64,000 nt of DNA, from the IMG/VR virus record IMGVR_UViG_3300022694_000001; one strand, given 5' to 3'. This document shows, piece by piece, positions 57,901 through 62,456 of this stretch; within the stretch, counting starts at the first letter, position 1, and each line of letters starts with the position of its first letter. The notes under the pieces were generated by a model. It did no database searches. It was not told the origin of the DNA and saw only the letters and a program-made list of their open reading frames with translations. The position numbers were made by a program, and so were the translations under genes. This stretch comes from a virus.

Positions 57901-60097
57901 GGTTAGGCGGAAGCGATCGAAATTGTTTATTCCTCCTTCGCCAAGACCTGCGGCCGACACGGCCGCCCCTACACCTGGTGAGTTGCCTACGGGACAAGAG
58001 ACGCAGGCTCCGATGATGTTTGGCGGTGAGCGCAGTCCGGTGGCGCCGCGCGAAGGTGAGTTGCCGCGTCCGGCAGGACAGCAAGCGCCTTACACCGGAC
58101 GCGTGCTGGGGCAGATCGGGTTGCCGCTTTATCAGGAAATGATGATTCGTAAAGGAGCGGACATGAGTGAGCCGACTGACGTGGCGCGGCTTGGGAACGT
58201 GATTCACGCGGCAACGAGCGGGAACGCGTTCGACATGGTTTATGAAGCGTGGATTAACAACATTCTTTCGGGGCCGGCTACGCACATGGCGAACATTACC
58301 GGCAACGCGGTCTCTACGGCGTGGGATTTTAGTTTACAACGCGGTTTGGAGTCGTTGGTGAACCTGGCTTATCGCGACGCGGATTCGGCGCAGCTCGGGG
58401 AGTTTAAGCATATCGTGAACGGCATTGTGCCGGGGTTGCGTCGCGGGTTGTCGATCGCGGTCAAGGCGTGGGGCGCAGAAGCCGATTTCTTCCGGAACGA
58501 CGTGCTCAATGAGCAGGTGGAAATGTTCCAGGACTTCGAGAAAGGATCAGGCGGCGCTCTTGGTCCTGCTATTCCCGGCCGGACCGGACGCGTGATCAGG
58601 ATGCCGGGACGCGCGCTGATGTTCATGGACGCGGCGTTCAAGGGGTTAATCGGGCAAATGGAAGCAGGCGCGGTCGCGTATCGGATCGCGAAGCGCGAAG
58701 GGTTGACCGGCGACGCGATGGCCACGCGTATGAACGAACTGGTCGCCACACCGAACAGCGAAGCGTGGCAGCGCGCAGTGGATAAAGCTGTAAACCTCAC
58801 GTTCCAAGATCAGATGCGAACCAAAGAAGAGGGCGGCAACCCGTTTGAGAACGCCGTTGCGCGGTTTAACCAGATGCGGACCGGCAGCCATTTGCTGGGG
58901 TTCTTTTTCCCGTTTATCCGGACGCCATACAACATTTTCAAGATGGGCCTGCGCAAAACGCCATTGGGCAGCGCGAACATGGCCTGGCGCTTTTCGAAAG
59001 CGGGTTTTTACCGGTTCAAGGATGGCAAGCCGATGTTCGAAAGCTACGATAAAGGCGAGCAGGTGAGGCATTTGGCGGAGCAATTGATCGCATGGGCGAC
59101 GTTCGCTGCGCTCTGGGCGGCGACGACCGGCGATGATGACGATGACAAAAAAGCGTTGCTCTTTACCGGGTCCACGCCGGTAACGGAAGTAAGGCGCAGT
59201 GAACGCGAGTTGAGGACGCGGTTGCACGGCGGGCAGTACCAGATTCGGGTAGGCGGCCGCAACGGTGTTTACATCAATTACGGGCGTTATGAGCCGTTCG
59301 CGACGGTGATCGGGACTGTGGTGGACGCGATTACGAACCTCAAAAAGATCAAGCGCGGCCAGACGCTCGGTGAAAGTCTGGACGCGATGTACGGTTATTT
59401 TCTGGCACAGGCGAAATCGAAAACGTTTTTACAGGGGTTTGCCGAGATTGCGGACTCGCTCGAGAGCGGCGGTGGCGTTAGGGGTGGCATCACTGAGGCG
59501 GGCAAAAAGATGTTGTTAAGCGCGCTAGTGCCGAATCTCGTCAGGCAACCGTTACGCAACCTCGATGAATGGGTGCGCGACACGAAAGGCGCTGCACCCA
59601 TTTACCAGATGCTTCCCGCGGGTTCGTTAGCGGAAAGGAAAGCTGATCTGTGGGGGCGCGACGTGCAAAAGAGCGGAAACATCTTCAGCAGGTTATTCCT
59701 GGCGACCGGGACAAAGGTTGAGCCGGACGCGCAAAAGGTAGATTTGCTGTTGCAGAATTGGGTTCATCAAAACCCGGGTGGGGCGCGCGAATTGAGCGTG
59801 CCGTCGAGCGCGATCAACAGGACGTACAAGGACGCGATCGGTAAAGAAGCGCAAATGACACCCGAGCAGTTTCACCGGTTTACGGTGGACTCCGGGAAAC
59901 TGGCGCTAACTCGGTTACGGGGGAAATTCACGCAACGTCAGATCGATCATCCGAAGGCGGAAGATGTGAAGATGATTCGGGGCGCGCTGGAAGATGCGCG
60001 GCGTGAAGTGAAAGAGCGGATGTTTCCGGCGGGACCACGCGGCTTCGGGCATCCACGGCAGGCGATTAACTTACGCGAAGTGATGTGGGCCGCATGA
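42905..60097 (+). CDS. 5730-aa polyvalent virion protein: ejection-like N-terminus, degenerate zincin, ddrB-type ParB, HTH, RelA/SpoT-like, DarB-like N6-MTase + SNF2 helicase, sigma-70-like, HTH, internal-virion C-terminus
   Basis: EQEAIHAV; YDLSLQPRDR...LIGNGR; KSRERAAAK/DLVRG/GYRD/EIQ; VLEPGAGIGHF, SNVPF; GVGGGKT, DEVHKFK, STEKLGTGVNMQ, EQRDGRVYRQGN; FDPARG and region-4 HTH; AWINNILSGPATH. Confidence 0.9.
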   Translation: MADENDEQQPEPPVINREIGQNPLVPSAPADAEEAAPLSSFIPPDQPAPRVIVLPRPRRQGPLYPRDRINPSWHPRDRAPKYGRAVDQFDEAAMYREQHPVERDPETGALRPMRADQYRPGKNVISYDQQGRPKPFDIEDMYREEQGQRTKLNREAAQTLKEAHVQLERDPDTGVVSPVRDDSGNIQYRPGKGAVSYDQQGRAIQTQYDTSGPKQVELDKDSEIGPIEGRPPNELYKQNKYSPFEYVGTIDEGLKHSDKNIQQAAQTAKLKLEHRLHAAVANDLGQTVSEQSLVVQGKISDFKSKGKLLGQLSQQLDNFDAEHPGITETEGGFLGMGARPSQTATTLQAQKADLQKQIEDLQGQGYSTDPKAVTEFTKTDRESLAATRAVHGEWSSGTPKEPGDFDRLIDRRKAILAEQGVDVGEDPILQSLEKRRAELGVGAPTPKDHAAEDELRKDATFGPLLQERDQLHSAHEAASNELQGIQDEYDKVIGPVRERLRVGQAQIAPIQAEVEAYSHKLDQVLGMPTPAAGDEQALAAREAEWSTRISQLTDPRQKARVQTVLNALEPAKQQLRMAQAQLQPVQDTHDALVEENQRMIADRHAQFENELGPQREDLQARMGAAHQQRTVTEAVRKSDVLANVLGPLMVNPNDPGFTPSLVQSIQENLDRRKQEAIKSWDFEPNDFERELFGAPFRMVGEGLKGFAHLSEGLLKLFPQEKNVSDHEQHAVLTRWVADQLLKVPGVLSTPQSEKSLAGKAGGFIGGVAGAVGAGLIDPAILVPQFFGQGVNGQMEAAKQAGADDATALKAGVLGGTINALLAIPFEGFGKALTETFGSAKQSAIQKALKESYERGGAEAVANDLTILRNSMIKTAGRSAFQKTAVDALQPIIEEITKTPLQRAGQVGIEVLKDSALFAGVQAAQNAVTKTYNPDTGLFENVPTAAFEGGVLGAFFGGLRQVGRAQKAGAAREEIATGLAKQARAGEVQPMGVERALPETGVTEGPTETHEQASRNAGVSPVEGVDEAGQGPGPIEQAHGEINNLVVPDVSPAVNTATQHALRGLIKIANGESMEALTTAEKAAVNAKTTDGLPRVVMVKRADGKQQPVITDATLERIRQIAPVTAQVMPQSEGEQRQRILNPVEEITPESGSVEKGEIQPNKKTPEISQPSFEVAIERPSGEVETRTVQAASAEAAKGQVAGSISPGQGMVRDVSEVPQAMSGFVPLDEGQKMDTATALSDEMVGQVREQAGRELQPEEEQAVRGIAERVTPAIEKFRGAFSSIQATLEPRGSMGAFTTIPEGKLVLSLPDIVRHAQEWGEPEGPDLVVEQEAIHAVADQLHQQGKIDPEGIARDMPAELREHVAGVYNPDVPMEERNDLEDGHEFLRLLVQHQLRVDEGKVVDADGKVITENLSPGFIARIRQALVRLFEVFRDMAKRLGEMGAKPEYVEQVQKARDLIVTRLREVDAGSRGAYETTNGGKTAQVKGKGGKAPAERSVEGELRVEPKPTAGQGQVAGAGVGGAVGQPHGVMSAATKTLTGQAGSGAGAELTSKEIAQAAIAIGAPRDKITKPWWDKVGNKHVLSQGGRSVNVAYVAQEASKGRTSHDALGNASSGYDLSLQPRDRSLAQYRKQSQNIAQNLDFAQAAFFPETTTPATTGDIGAPVMTPTGDTLIGNGREIGIKAAYAANSPQARAYKRDFVHNAARFGIDPAAVMKMRQPVLKRVILDDLPKDELIRLSQESNEGVAMGVNATEIANRDATRLTPEILSEFDPNYALDAAKNRGFLRSYLQNVVSGAGANEANINWPDLARRVRAAVFTYAYGADEAGRAALERLQGEDSSRKITDGLLTVAPIVARMKADIASGDLFPLDISPEIARAVQDISEALRDRPKGQSASVALDGLVAQGELIPAGDAPALQQSVRDFVIANRGNRAAIEEALSNYVESVYEIGNPKQPNLFGEQAGEESDRTQLWNLATKPEAIAPKTEQRELAAQALRSRMSEDRGQLTPLDHVIHRKLRAGKSVETVAKEHGMKVEHVERTYDRVNRSQEIRTLLSQQTFRSETDAFAAAEKAKPSFDQTLEDVAKATGARAMTTPIKSRERAAAKVAADYRGDWSKIKDLVRGTIVVRDLDQAKAVVGALAQRFGVEPKRDFNQPLQSGYRDALFNPIINGYVAEIQVHIEPIIHAKSTSHTFYKRHQEIQRAAQVENRALNSQELRTIERLNMAQQRIYAAAFGNISGEISSTASEGLQGKAPTDLISSGVIGRGESPSKAQAVPSLSTTIPKPAGASMKDLASGKAAIASSSVIPPSLTPTGGVRHQEVLLAQKLKDTGTLDLFGDYVGALPAAAKASKPALKREVEKDVPSLAESGAALSNLFELAQPGKTYEVSNPVQFPKVLSATRYSDSTVAKVAHNYVTHQTEYGYRVELEDGRQWIGSAKNRDAAITKAQYEFRKTLTEAPAAGIPQANEDAVRKTARANRKAKVGTETATGVDDLFSLLAEQHGSERDTGLAGGVVQDAIGAPGRTDVAGAGDLPGHETDAGRPGGSVTAGDTDGGRGLAEPTDTGGNAAPSETGGKRTLPKLVSRPADPNARNYVIPRDTKEIAPRGAMAKLRANQDAIKLLKQIETEQRLATPEEKSQLVKYSGWGALSQAFDDAKADRIAAGEISELNTELQRYRGYQERNRESSYYSGEIGRLEKDIRSLESWQSKWGDIHSELKSMLTPDEYKRAMRSTINAHYTSPEMIKSMWDIAAHLGFKGGNVLEPGAGIGHFFGLMPEELLSRSSLHAVELDDISGRLTKMLYPEADVQITGFQNADIADGSVDLSISNVPFANVPVTDKAMELSGGPTDNLHDYFLANMIKKLRPGGLNIAITSAFTMDKGASENRKWMADRADLVAAFRLPNNAFKANAGTDVVTDILVFRKKDGQIFPHAKDWTMLDNATTQKGDPIRVNQYFAQHPQDILGFLADDGEMFAHGAGEKEMTVHADPNRPPAVALEQAIDNLPKDIAGDGNAAEVRSNDPTISKMGNIVEKDGKYFFHGQAEPDEALNDPKNAKRVRKFIETRDVLNEQYRLELDPEATDEDVEANRRMLNARYDSFTADFSNFHTPKNKGLFIDDPDWFRLAGAETPIQVSGGVKEMLSILDGKKSRQFTKADVFKKRVLTPIIEPTKADSLEDAFGMSLGWRGRVDLGYISDLTGQSREQVEQGLVASGIVVRDPENGQLQSREQYLAGNVRKKLDIAKAAGPDYERNAQMLEAVQPEDVPIDEIRFKIGATWVPVDAYQQFLSTIGIELPIEYHTALAGGRDFYTVGLRDYRATGVAHKDFRTDQVSVPELMDSMLNMKRIEVLHTDKDRKGDTDEGATMAARDAGKRLSDAFVAYAKGNAELGPRLAQIYNREANGFAQRTYDGQFLTLPWKNKDFDLFPDKKNVIWRAIQDRYALIAWGVGGGKTVIAAGIALELRRLKLALKPMVVVHNSTLEQYADEIAVIAPSARVLIGRKDELSGAKRKEFLMRIAAGDWDAVVIAHSTFGLIEDDPVFQTKHMESLVDEAMQSLTDRGYNSVSDAKKSREPSVKQLVKMIEQLETKIQALSERKTDTGLLNFQQLGVDALIVDEVHKFKKMPFSTKLDVKGIDSGMSQRGYAMLLRARSIQERNGGKNVFSMTGTPVTNTLGEIWNQVRLVAPHLLKEYGVETFDQFVSKFAEVETISEAGPSGERKMVERLSKIVNLPEWSTFFRQAADVKLGDDMVVKNRPGIKGGGGQLIALERTPGTAAWVNYIRNVLEGFKELKYDDFKDNKSLFAVPVQAYIASRAAAIDIRLIEPRAKDESGSKANRAVRGIIKLYRETTPYNGTQVIFSDSFNQVKTSLFDAVVPRSNLNLELDPSKPPGTTFNLYEDIKAKLIALGVPAEEIAIVADKEFDNAKRKKSLFEDVNKGKVRIVMGSTEKLGTGVNMQERMLAAWNLDVPWTAAGLEQRDGRVYRQGNVHAEMGVPVELTRLGMKDTLDESLWKIIERKLRIQKQALSGKIVGRELEEMSDVLSLAEQASILSGPYGAESFELDSRIRELEGSRAGHDRQVANRDSEIRSSKEWLRQQEAEEARSEPAMQLMAKLGERVSKDGAQITVDGDSFETKTAMVERVNALLDAEKNKPTNEKSKAIFSVAVNGVPVRLDVTPTEYDEWDVAGVESKRVTKPSAQFDLMATDSNSPKFGRVTSAATLLARLEELSGTVDGIREGRKNNTARLRQLAEMQQLGKWPFKEEYQRALARQKELLKLMRGEELKKTGEGEETPNAQRPTPNAQPAELRAQATADAAKTPAERFKDAWPLAESIARSYSNIPGVTLKDVEQHARIALVRAAREFDPARGAAMDTFARKVVGNELRSLYGRQMRTAGRESTVLDVPVSAEGSAAVSQKENIVGPSDVRADVARTEATQMLSTAIDELPDKMRDVMNGILSGKETLGEIGERLGGLPKQAVGRLASAAMRRLKGKLGEKGVSGVTDLLSQETTTDNTDTEKKTLSDFLAKHDASKGTVPAKKIAEPTRRNVKLAEKLGNQSTRDSSVVPNFRPVEQEIAIGRAYGYSDNDIAAYLQRNYVDRIPERVAQTSVGVRPPQELIDKYPELKHAIKVSEKYGHLVKLSEQLELLSQVVEDEVKLSESADPVASFMELMRDDPVEKLRGIKGIGRPDLALGAEPAMRPVHEFHTATATPQKLDDWDKQGEAILRSRGDKLPADVTKRWLDGSVLEPAEVRATQQYLIEKQGQPKTPEEQRGYDALAYAYTKIGEATARALSARRDPFKTPEERNREFIGKALVHLSATEDRELDAIADHKEKVARLEQIVQGRRTQINAALEHVAGKGVTIDDILSGGTELRLKGAKMIENQMAGYGESEKKVIKLAQTGARSAAEIAKATGLSVKQVNDINDQFVSDLETKLMAKTRAGATLENLDAQQIALLAQETERRPGASATVSEDVARAEARKMIKAMGFVASKDLGTMKVVRRKRSKLFIPPSPRPAADTAAPTPGELPTGQETQAPMMFGGERSPVAPREGELPRPAGQQAPYTGRVLGQIGLPLYQEMMIRKGADMSEPTDVARLGNVIHAATSGNAFDMVYEAWINNILSGPATHMANITGNAVSTAWDFSLQRGLESLVNLAYRDADSAQLGEFKHIVNGIVPGLRRGLSIAVKAWGAEADFFRNDVLNEQVEMFQDFEKGSGGALGPAIPGRTGRVIRMPGRALMFMDAAFKGLIGQMEAGAVAYRIAKREGLTGDAMATRMNELVATPNSEAWQRAVDKAVNLTFQDQMRTKEEGGNPFENAVARFNQMRTGSHLLGFFFPFIRTPYNIFKMGLRKTPLGSANMAWRFSKAGFYRFKDGKPMFESYDKGEQVRHLAEQLIAWATFAALWAATTGDDDDDKKALLFTGSTPVTEVRRSERELRTRLHGGQYQIRVGGRNGVYINYGRYEPFATVIGTVVDAITNLKKIKRGQTLGESLDAMYGYFLAQAKSKTFLQGFAEIADSLESGGGVRGGITEAGKKMLLSALVPNLVRQPLRNLDEWVRDTKGAAPIYQMLPAGSLAERKADLWGRDVQKSGNIFSRLFLATGTKVEPDAQKVDLLLQNWVHQNPGGARELSVPSSAINRTYKDAIGKEAQMTPEQFHRFTVDSGKLALTRLRGKFTQRQIDHPKAEDVKMIRGALEDARREVKERMFPAGPRGFGHPRQAINLREVMWAA
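47328..47558 (+). CDS. Nested +1-frame ORF inside the giant gene (76 aa)
   Basis: MRQPMAVRRLRSKVKVVKLPQNDLWKG...KLRVLVLVEQLDNHMESCRLRRKLLLARLD; third positions GC-rich in this frame, A/T-rich in the main frame. Confidence 0.5.
   Translation: MRQPMAVRRLRSKVKVVKLPQNDLWKGNYVSSLSRQQARDKLRVLVLVEQLDNHMESCRLRRKLLLARLDQVPERN
49597..49827 (-). CDS. Nested antisense gene behind the RelA/SpoT-like domain (76 aa), candidate immunity protein
   Basis: MTDEEAIAAFPDAKSFMEAPAGFGIVVDKDGTAWAFDGDSPRPITPEEIK...; purine-rich aagagaaggtgga before ATG; sense frame here is S/A/G/P-rich. Confidence 0.6.
   Translation of the reverse strand: MTDEEAIAAFPDAKSFMEAPAGFGIVVDKDGTAWAFDGDSPRPITPEEIKSVGAFPCKPSDAVELISPEMLPKAAA
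50310..50657 (+). CDS. Nested +1-frame ORF inside the giant gene (115 aa, or 90 aa from ATG 50385)
   Basis: ...IRDWLGGSYKTLLEHLDELTWRVLAIYLDTKQTPDDLAEALRQEIPMEDEDSQNPLTPEETQRLVKLAES; codons ctg gac gaa ctg acg tgg cgg gtg ctg gcg atc tac. Confidence 0.6.
   Translation: MKTQFEKPPELTEKRRLALRQQPEWMTCFRSWLNSTDPSEIRDWLGGSYKTLLEHLDELTWRVLAIYLDTKQTPDDLAEALRQEIPMEDEDSQNPLTPEETQRLVKLAESAHFPS
55777..55813. repeat. AACGYYS heptamer array inside the giant ORF
   Basis: aacgccg aacgctc aacgccc aacgccc aacgctc aa (TPNAQRPTPNAQ). Confidence 0.75.
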
Positions 60098-60258
60098 AAA
60101 AGTTAGCAGTGGTTTATCTATGGTGTCTTCCATTCGTATGCTTTGCCGCCGCAGCCTTCATATTCATTAGATCGGAAACGATTCTGGAAAAGGTAGCAGT
60201 ATTCGTCATTCTAGTTGGGGGTCTCAATGCGTTGCTTATGGCACGAACGGTAAGATAA
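60094..60258 (+). CDS. Small two-TM protein (54 aa)
   Basis: MKKLAVVYLWCLPFVCFAAAAFIFIRSETILEKVAVFVILVGGLNALLMARTVR; ATGA-coupled to the giant ORF. Confidence 0.5.
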   Translation: MKKLAVVYLWCLPFVCFAAAAFIFIRSETILEKVAVFVILVGGLNALLMARTVR

Positions 60259-60264
60259 AAATGT

Positions 60265-60281
60265 GACAGCGGAAAGCAGTC
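60265..60281 (+). promoter_or_regulatory. Palindromic motif, copy 12
   Basis: gtGACAGC-ggaaa-GCAGTC; GTGACA-17-TATAAA; ATG 60297. Confidence 0.75.
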
Positions 60282-60296
60282 CGGCTATAAAGCGAC

Positions 60297-60524
60297 ATGG
60301 GCGCTGATCAACAGACGTGGGACTATGGCGTGAAGTTCACCGGCAAGAAAAGCAAGCCGTTGACGCCGCTGGAGCGGGCGCACGACCACGACCTGAAGCT
60401 CGACAGCCGGGACAAGCGTTGGCGGTGCGCGTGCGGCTACGCGCTGGGCGACGGGCGCGAGAAGTTTCTGGCGCGATGCCCGTTGTTGGGAGTCAATAAT
60501 CCGGAACCGCAGCCAAGCCGTTAG
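60297..60524 (+). CDS. Small Zn-finger-like protein
   Basis: H..D...WRCACG...CP. Confidence 0.55.
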   Translation: MGADQQTWDYGVKFTGKKSKPLTPLERAHDHDLKLDSRDKRWRCACGYALGDGREKFLARCPLLGVNNPEPQPSR

Positions 60525-60536
60525 ATTTTTGTTTAC

Positions 60537-60553
60537 GACAGCGTTTCGCAGTC
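60537..60553 (+). promoter_or_regulatory. Palindromic motif, copy 13
   Basis: GACAGC-gtttc-GCAGTC inside TTTACG-17-TATAAC, upstream of a tRNA-like sequence. Confidence 0.75.
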
Positions 60554-60576
60554 GTATAACATCGGGGCAATGATGA

Positions 60577-60652
60577 AGCTGGGTGGAGAAGTGGCAAGGC
60601 GTGAGCCTCATAAACTCAAAACCGCGGGTTCGATTCCCGCCCCTGCAATCCA
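60577..60652 (+). tRNA. Degenerate tRNA-Met(CAT)-like RNA
   Basis: T-arm gcggg-TTCGATT-cccgc is perfect; anticodon loop ctCATaa with 4/5 stem pairs; acceptor 5/7 pairs; D-stem unpaired; ends ...gcaaTCCA. Confidence 0.5.
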
Positions 60653-61002
60653 CCTTTGCCAAGGCTACGGCGGACAGGCCATTTTCGACGAAGCCGAAGA
60701 GCACCGTCGCGATCTTGAATACGAAAGCGTGCGCGATTGGTACAGCCTCTACGAGCCACAGAATGAGGATGAGCAATGACCTGGCATCAAGGCATGGTCC
60801 TCCTTCAACTGCTGACCCTCGTGGGAGTGGTGATGTGCGCGTGTCTCATTTCCAGCATCCGACGATGAAAGTTGTAAATGCCGATTGATCCTTATTTCAC
60901 CAGTGGGCACAAGGCGGAAATAATTCGGCCTACGGACAGGTATCTGGCTCGTGTGCGGTATCGGTCGAGCAGGTTTTCTAAGGATCATCCGAGTAGGAAA
61001 GC

Positions 61003-61030
61003 AACCACGGATTTCACGGATGGCACGGAT
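61003..61030. repeat. CACGGAT nonamer repeat
   Basis: aaccacggatttcacggatggcacggat; relatives at about 2078..2100 and 56432..56451. Confidence 0.65.
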
Positions 61031-61066
61031 AAGAAAGAGACCCCATCCGTGGGTTAGTGGGCTACT

Positions 61067-61816
61067 TTGAATGAGCTACATCTATTTGCAGGAGCAGGGG
61101 GAGGAATCCTTGGCGGAATCCTTCTCGGACATACCTGCGTGTGTGCTGTCGAGATTGAACCTTATTGCCGACAGGTATTACTCCAACGGCAACGGGACGG
61201 AATCTTGCCAAAGTTCCCGATCTGGGATGATGTCCGAACTTTCGATGGAAAACCGTGGCGAGGGAAAGTCGATGTCGTCTGCGGTGGCTTCCCCTGCCAA
61301 GACATCAGCGAGGCTGGCACGCGACGAGGAATATGTGGCCATCGAAGCTCCCTATGGATCGAAATGGCGCGTATTGTCCGAGAAATTAAACCGCGTTTCG
61401 TGTTCATCGAAAACAGCCGGAGAATTATTCAGTCAGGAATGGGAAGAGTTCTCAGCGACTTGGCCCAAATGGGGTATGATGCGCGCTGGGGTCTTGTGGG
61501 AGCATCCAGCGCCGGTGCTCCGCAAGGGCGGGAAAGGTTCTGGATGGTGGCCGACTCCAACGGCTTCGGATTCGATCCGCTGCCGGAAATGGCCGGAGTG
61601 GTTGGCTCGCCATCGGGACAAGCAACATTCACATGGAACGGGAGGAGCGTCGGGTATCTTCGAGGTCGCAGCCAGCGAGTTTTCCCGGCTACCGAAAGTG
61701 ACTTTCTCGGAGTGGCTGAACGGCATCCCAGAGAAATGGTTGAACCATTCCGAGCCTCTGGAAATCTACAAGTTCCGGCAGTGGTTAAACTCGCTTGGGA
61801 GACACTAGCAGCATGA
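61067..61816 (+). CDS. dcm: C5-cytosine DNA methyltransferase, alpha chain (motifs I-VIII and X)
   Basis: LHLFAGAGG, GGFPCQD, FIENS, GAPQGRERFW, RASGNLQVP. Confidence 0.9.
   Translation: MNELHLFAGAGGGILGGILLGHTCVCAVEIEPYCRQVLLQRQRDGILPKFPIWDDVRTFDGKPWRGKVDVVCGGFPCQDISEAGTRRGICGHRSSLWIEMARIVREIKPRFVFIENSRRIIQSGMGRVLSDLAQMGYDARWGLVGASSAGAPQGRERFWMVADSNGFGFDPLPEMAGVVGSPSGQATFTWNGRSVGYLRGRSQRVFPATESDFLGVAERHPREMVEPFRASGNLQVPAVVKLAWETLAA
61071..61808 (+). CDS. Overlapping +1-frame beta chain of the C5 methyltransferase
   Basis: WWPTPTASD...FSEWLNGIPEKW (motif IX-like) in the alternative frame. Confidence 0.7.
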   Translation: MSYIYLQEQGEESLAESFSDIPACVLSRLNLIADRYYSNGNGTESCQSSRSGMMSELSMENRGEGKSMSSAVASPAKTSARLARDEEYVAIEAPYGSKWRVLSEKLNRVSCSSKTAGELFSQEWEEFSATWPKWGMMRAGVLWEHPAPVLRKGGKGSGWWPTPTASDSIRCRKWPEWLARHRDKQHSHGTGGASGIFEVAASEFSRLPKVTFSEWLNGIPEKWLNHSEPLEIYKFRQWLNSLGRH

Positions 61817-62100
61817 AGAAAAAAATTGTCGCGCCGGTTTATCCGAAATTTATCGGGCCTGATGGCGCTGGGGTGACTGCGGTCCAGGCGGAACTTGATT
61901 ACGAAGGGCGCAAGGCGCTTGGCCGGTTTTGTAATAGGATTGTGCAAAAGACGTTTTCGAACCAGGGAACGTTTGTGTCCACGCCGGAGGGCGACGTGCA
62001 GGTGAACACTGGCGATTGGGTGATTAAGACCGGGGACGGGTTTCGGGTGGAAGGCGATCCGGTTTTTCGGGAGCACTATGAGGAAGTGACCGCGGAATGA
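61813..62100 (+). CDS. Hypothetical protein
   Basis: TPEGDVQVNTGDWVIK...VFREHYEE conserved-looking phage pattern. Confidence 0.65.
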   Translation: MKKKIVAPVYPKFIGPDGAGVTAVQAELDYEGRKALGRFCNRIVQKTFSNQGTFVSTPEGDVQVNTGDWVIKTGDGFRVEGDPVFREHYEEVTAE

Positions 62101-62456
62101 CGATGACACCTGAAGCCCAACGAATAGCAATCGCGGAAGCGTGCCGCATTTCTCAAATCCGCACGAGCGGTAGATGGGAAGTTACAGACCCGCCAGAAAA
62201 CCCTCGCATCCTTGTCGGTATGAACCAATCTAGAATCGTTGCTGTCCCCGACTACCTAAACGACCTCAATGCCATGCACGAAGCGGAGAAGATATTCGTG
62301 ACTCACGGAAATCCACATCGAGTTGCCTATAAACACGCACTCATGGACGTGGCTGGTGCGGACGATTGGTCTTTAATTCACGCCACCGCTGCTCAACGCG
62401 CAGAAGCCTTCCTGCGAACACTTGGACTGTGGAAAGATAGCCCACACGCGGAATGA
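62097..62456 (+). CDS. Phage hypothetical (ABA-sandwich-like)
   Basis: IAIAEACR...PDYLNDLNAMHEAEK...ATAAQRAEAFL. Confidence 0.65.
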   Translation: MTMTPEAQRIAIAEACRISQIRTSGRWEVTDPPENPRILVGMNQSRIVAVPDYLNDLNAMHEAEKIFVTHGNPHRVAYKHALMDVAGADDWSLIHATAAQRAEAFLRTLGLWKDSPHAE

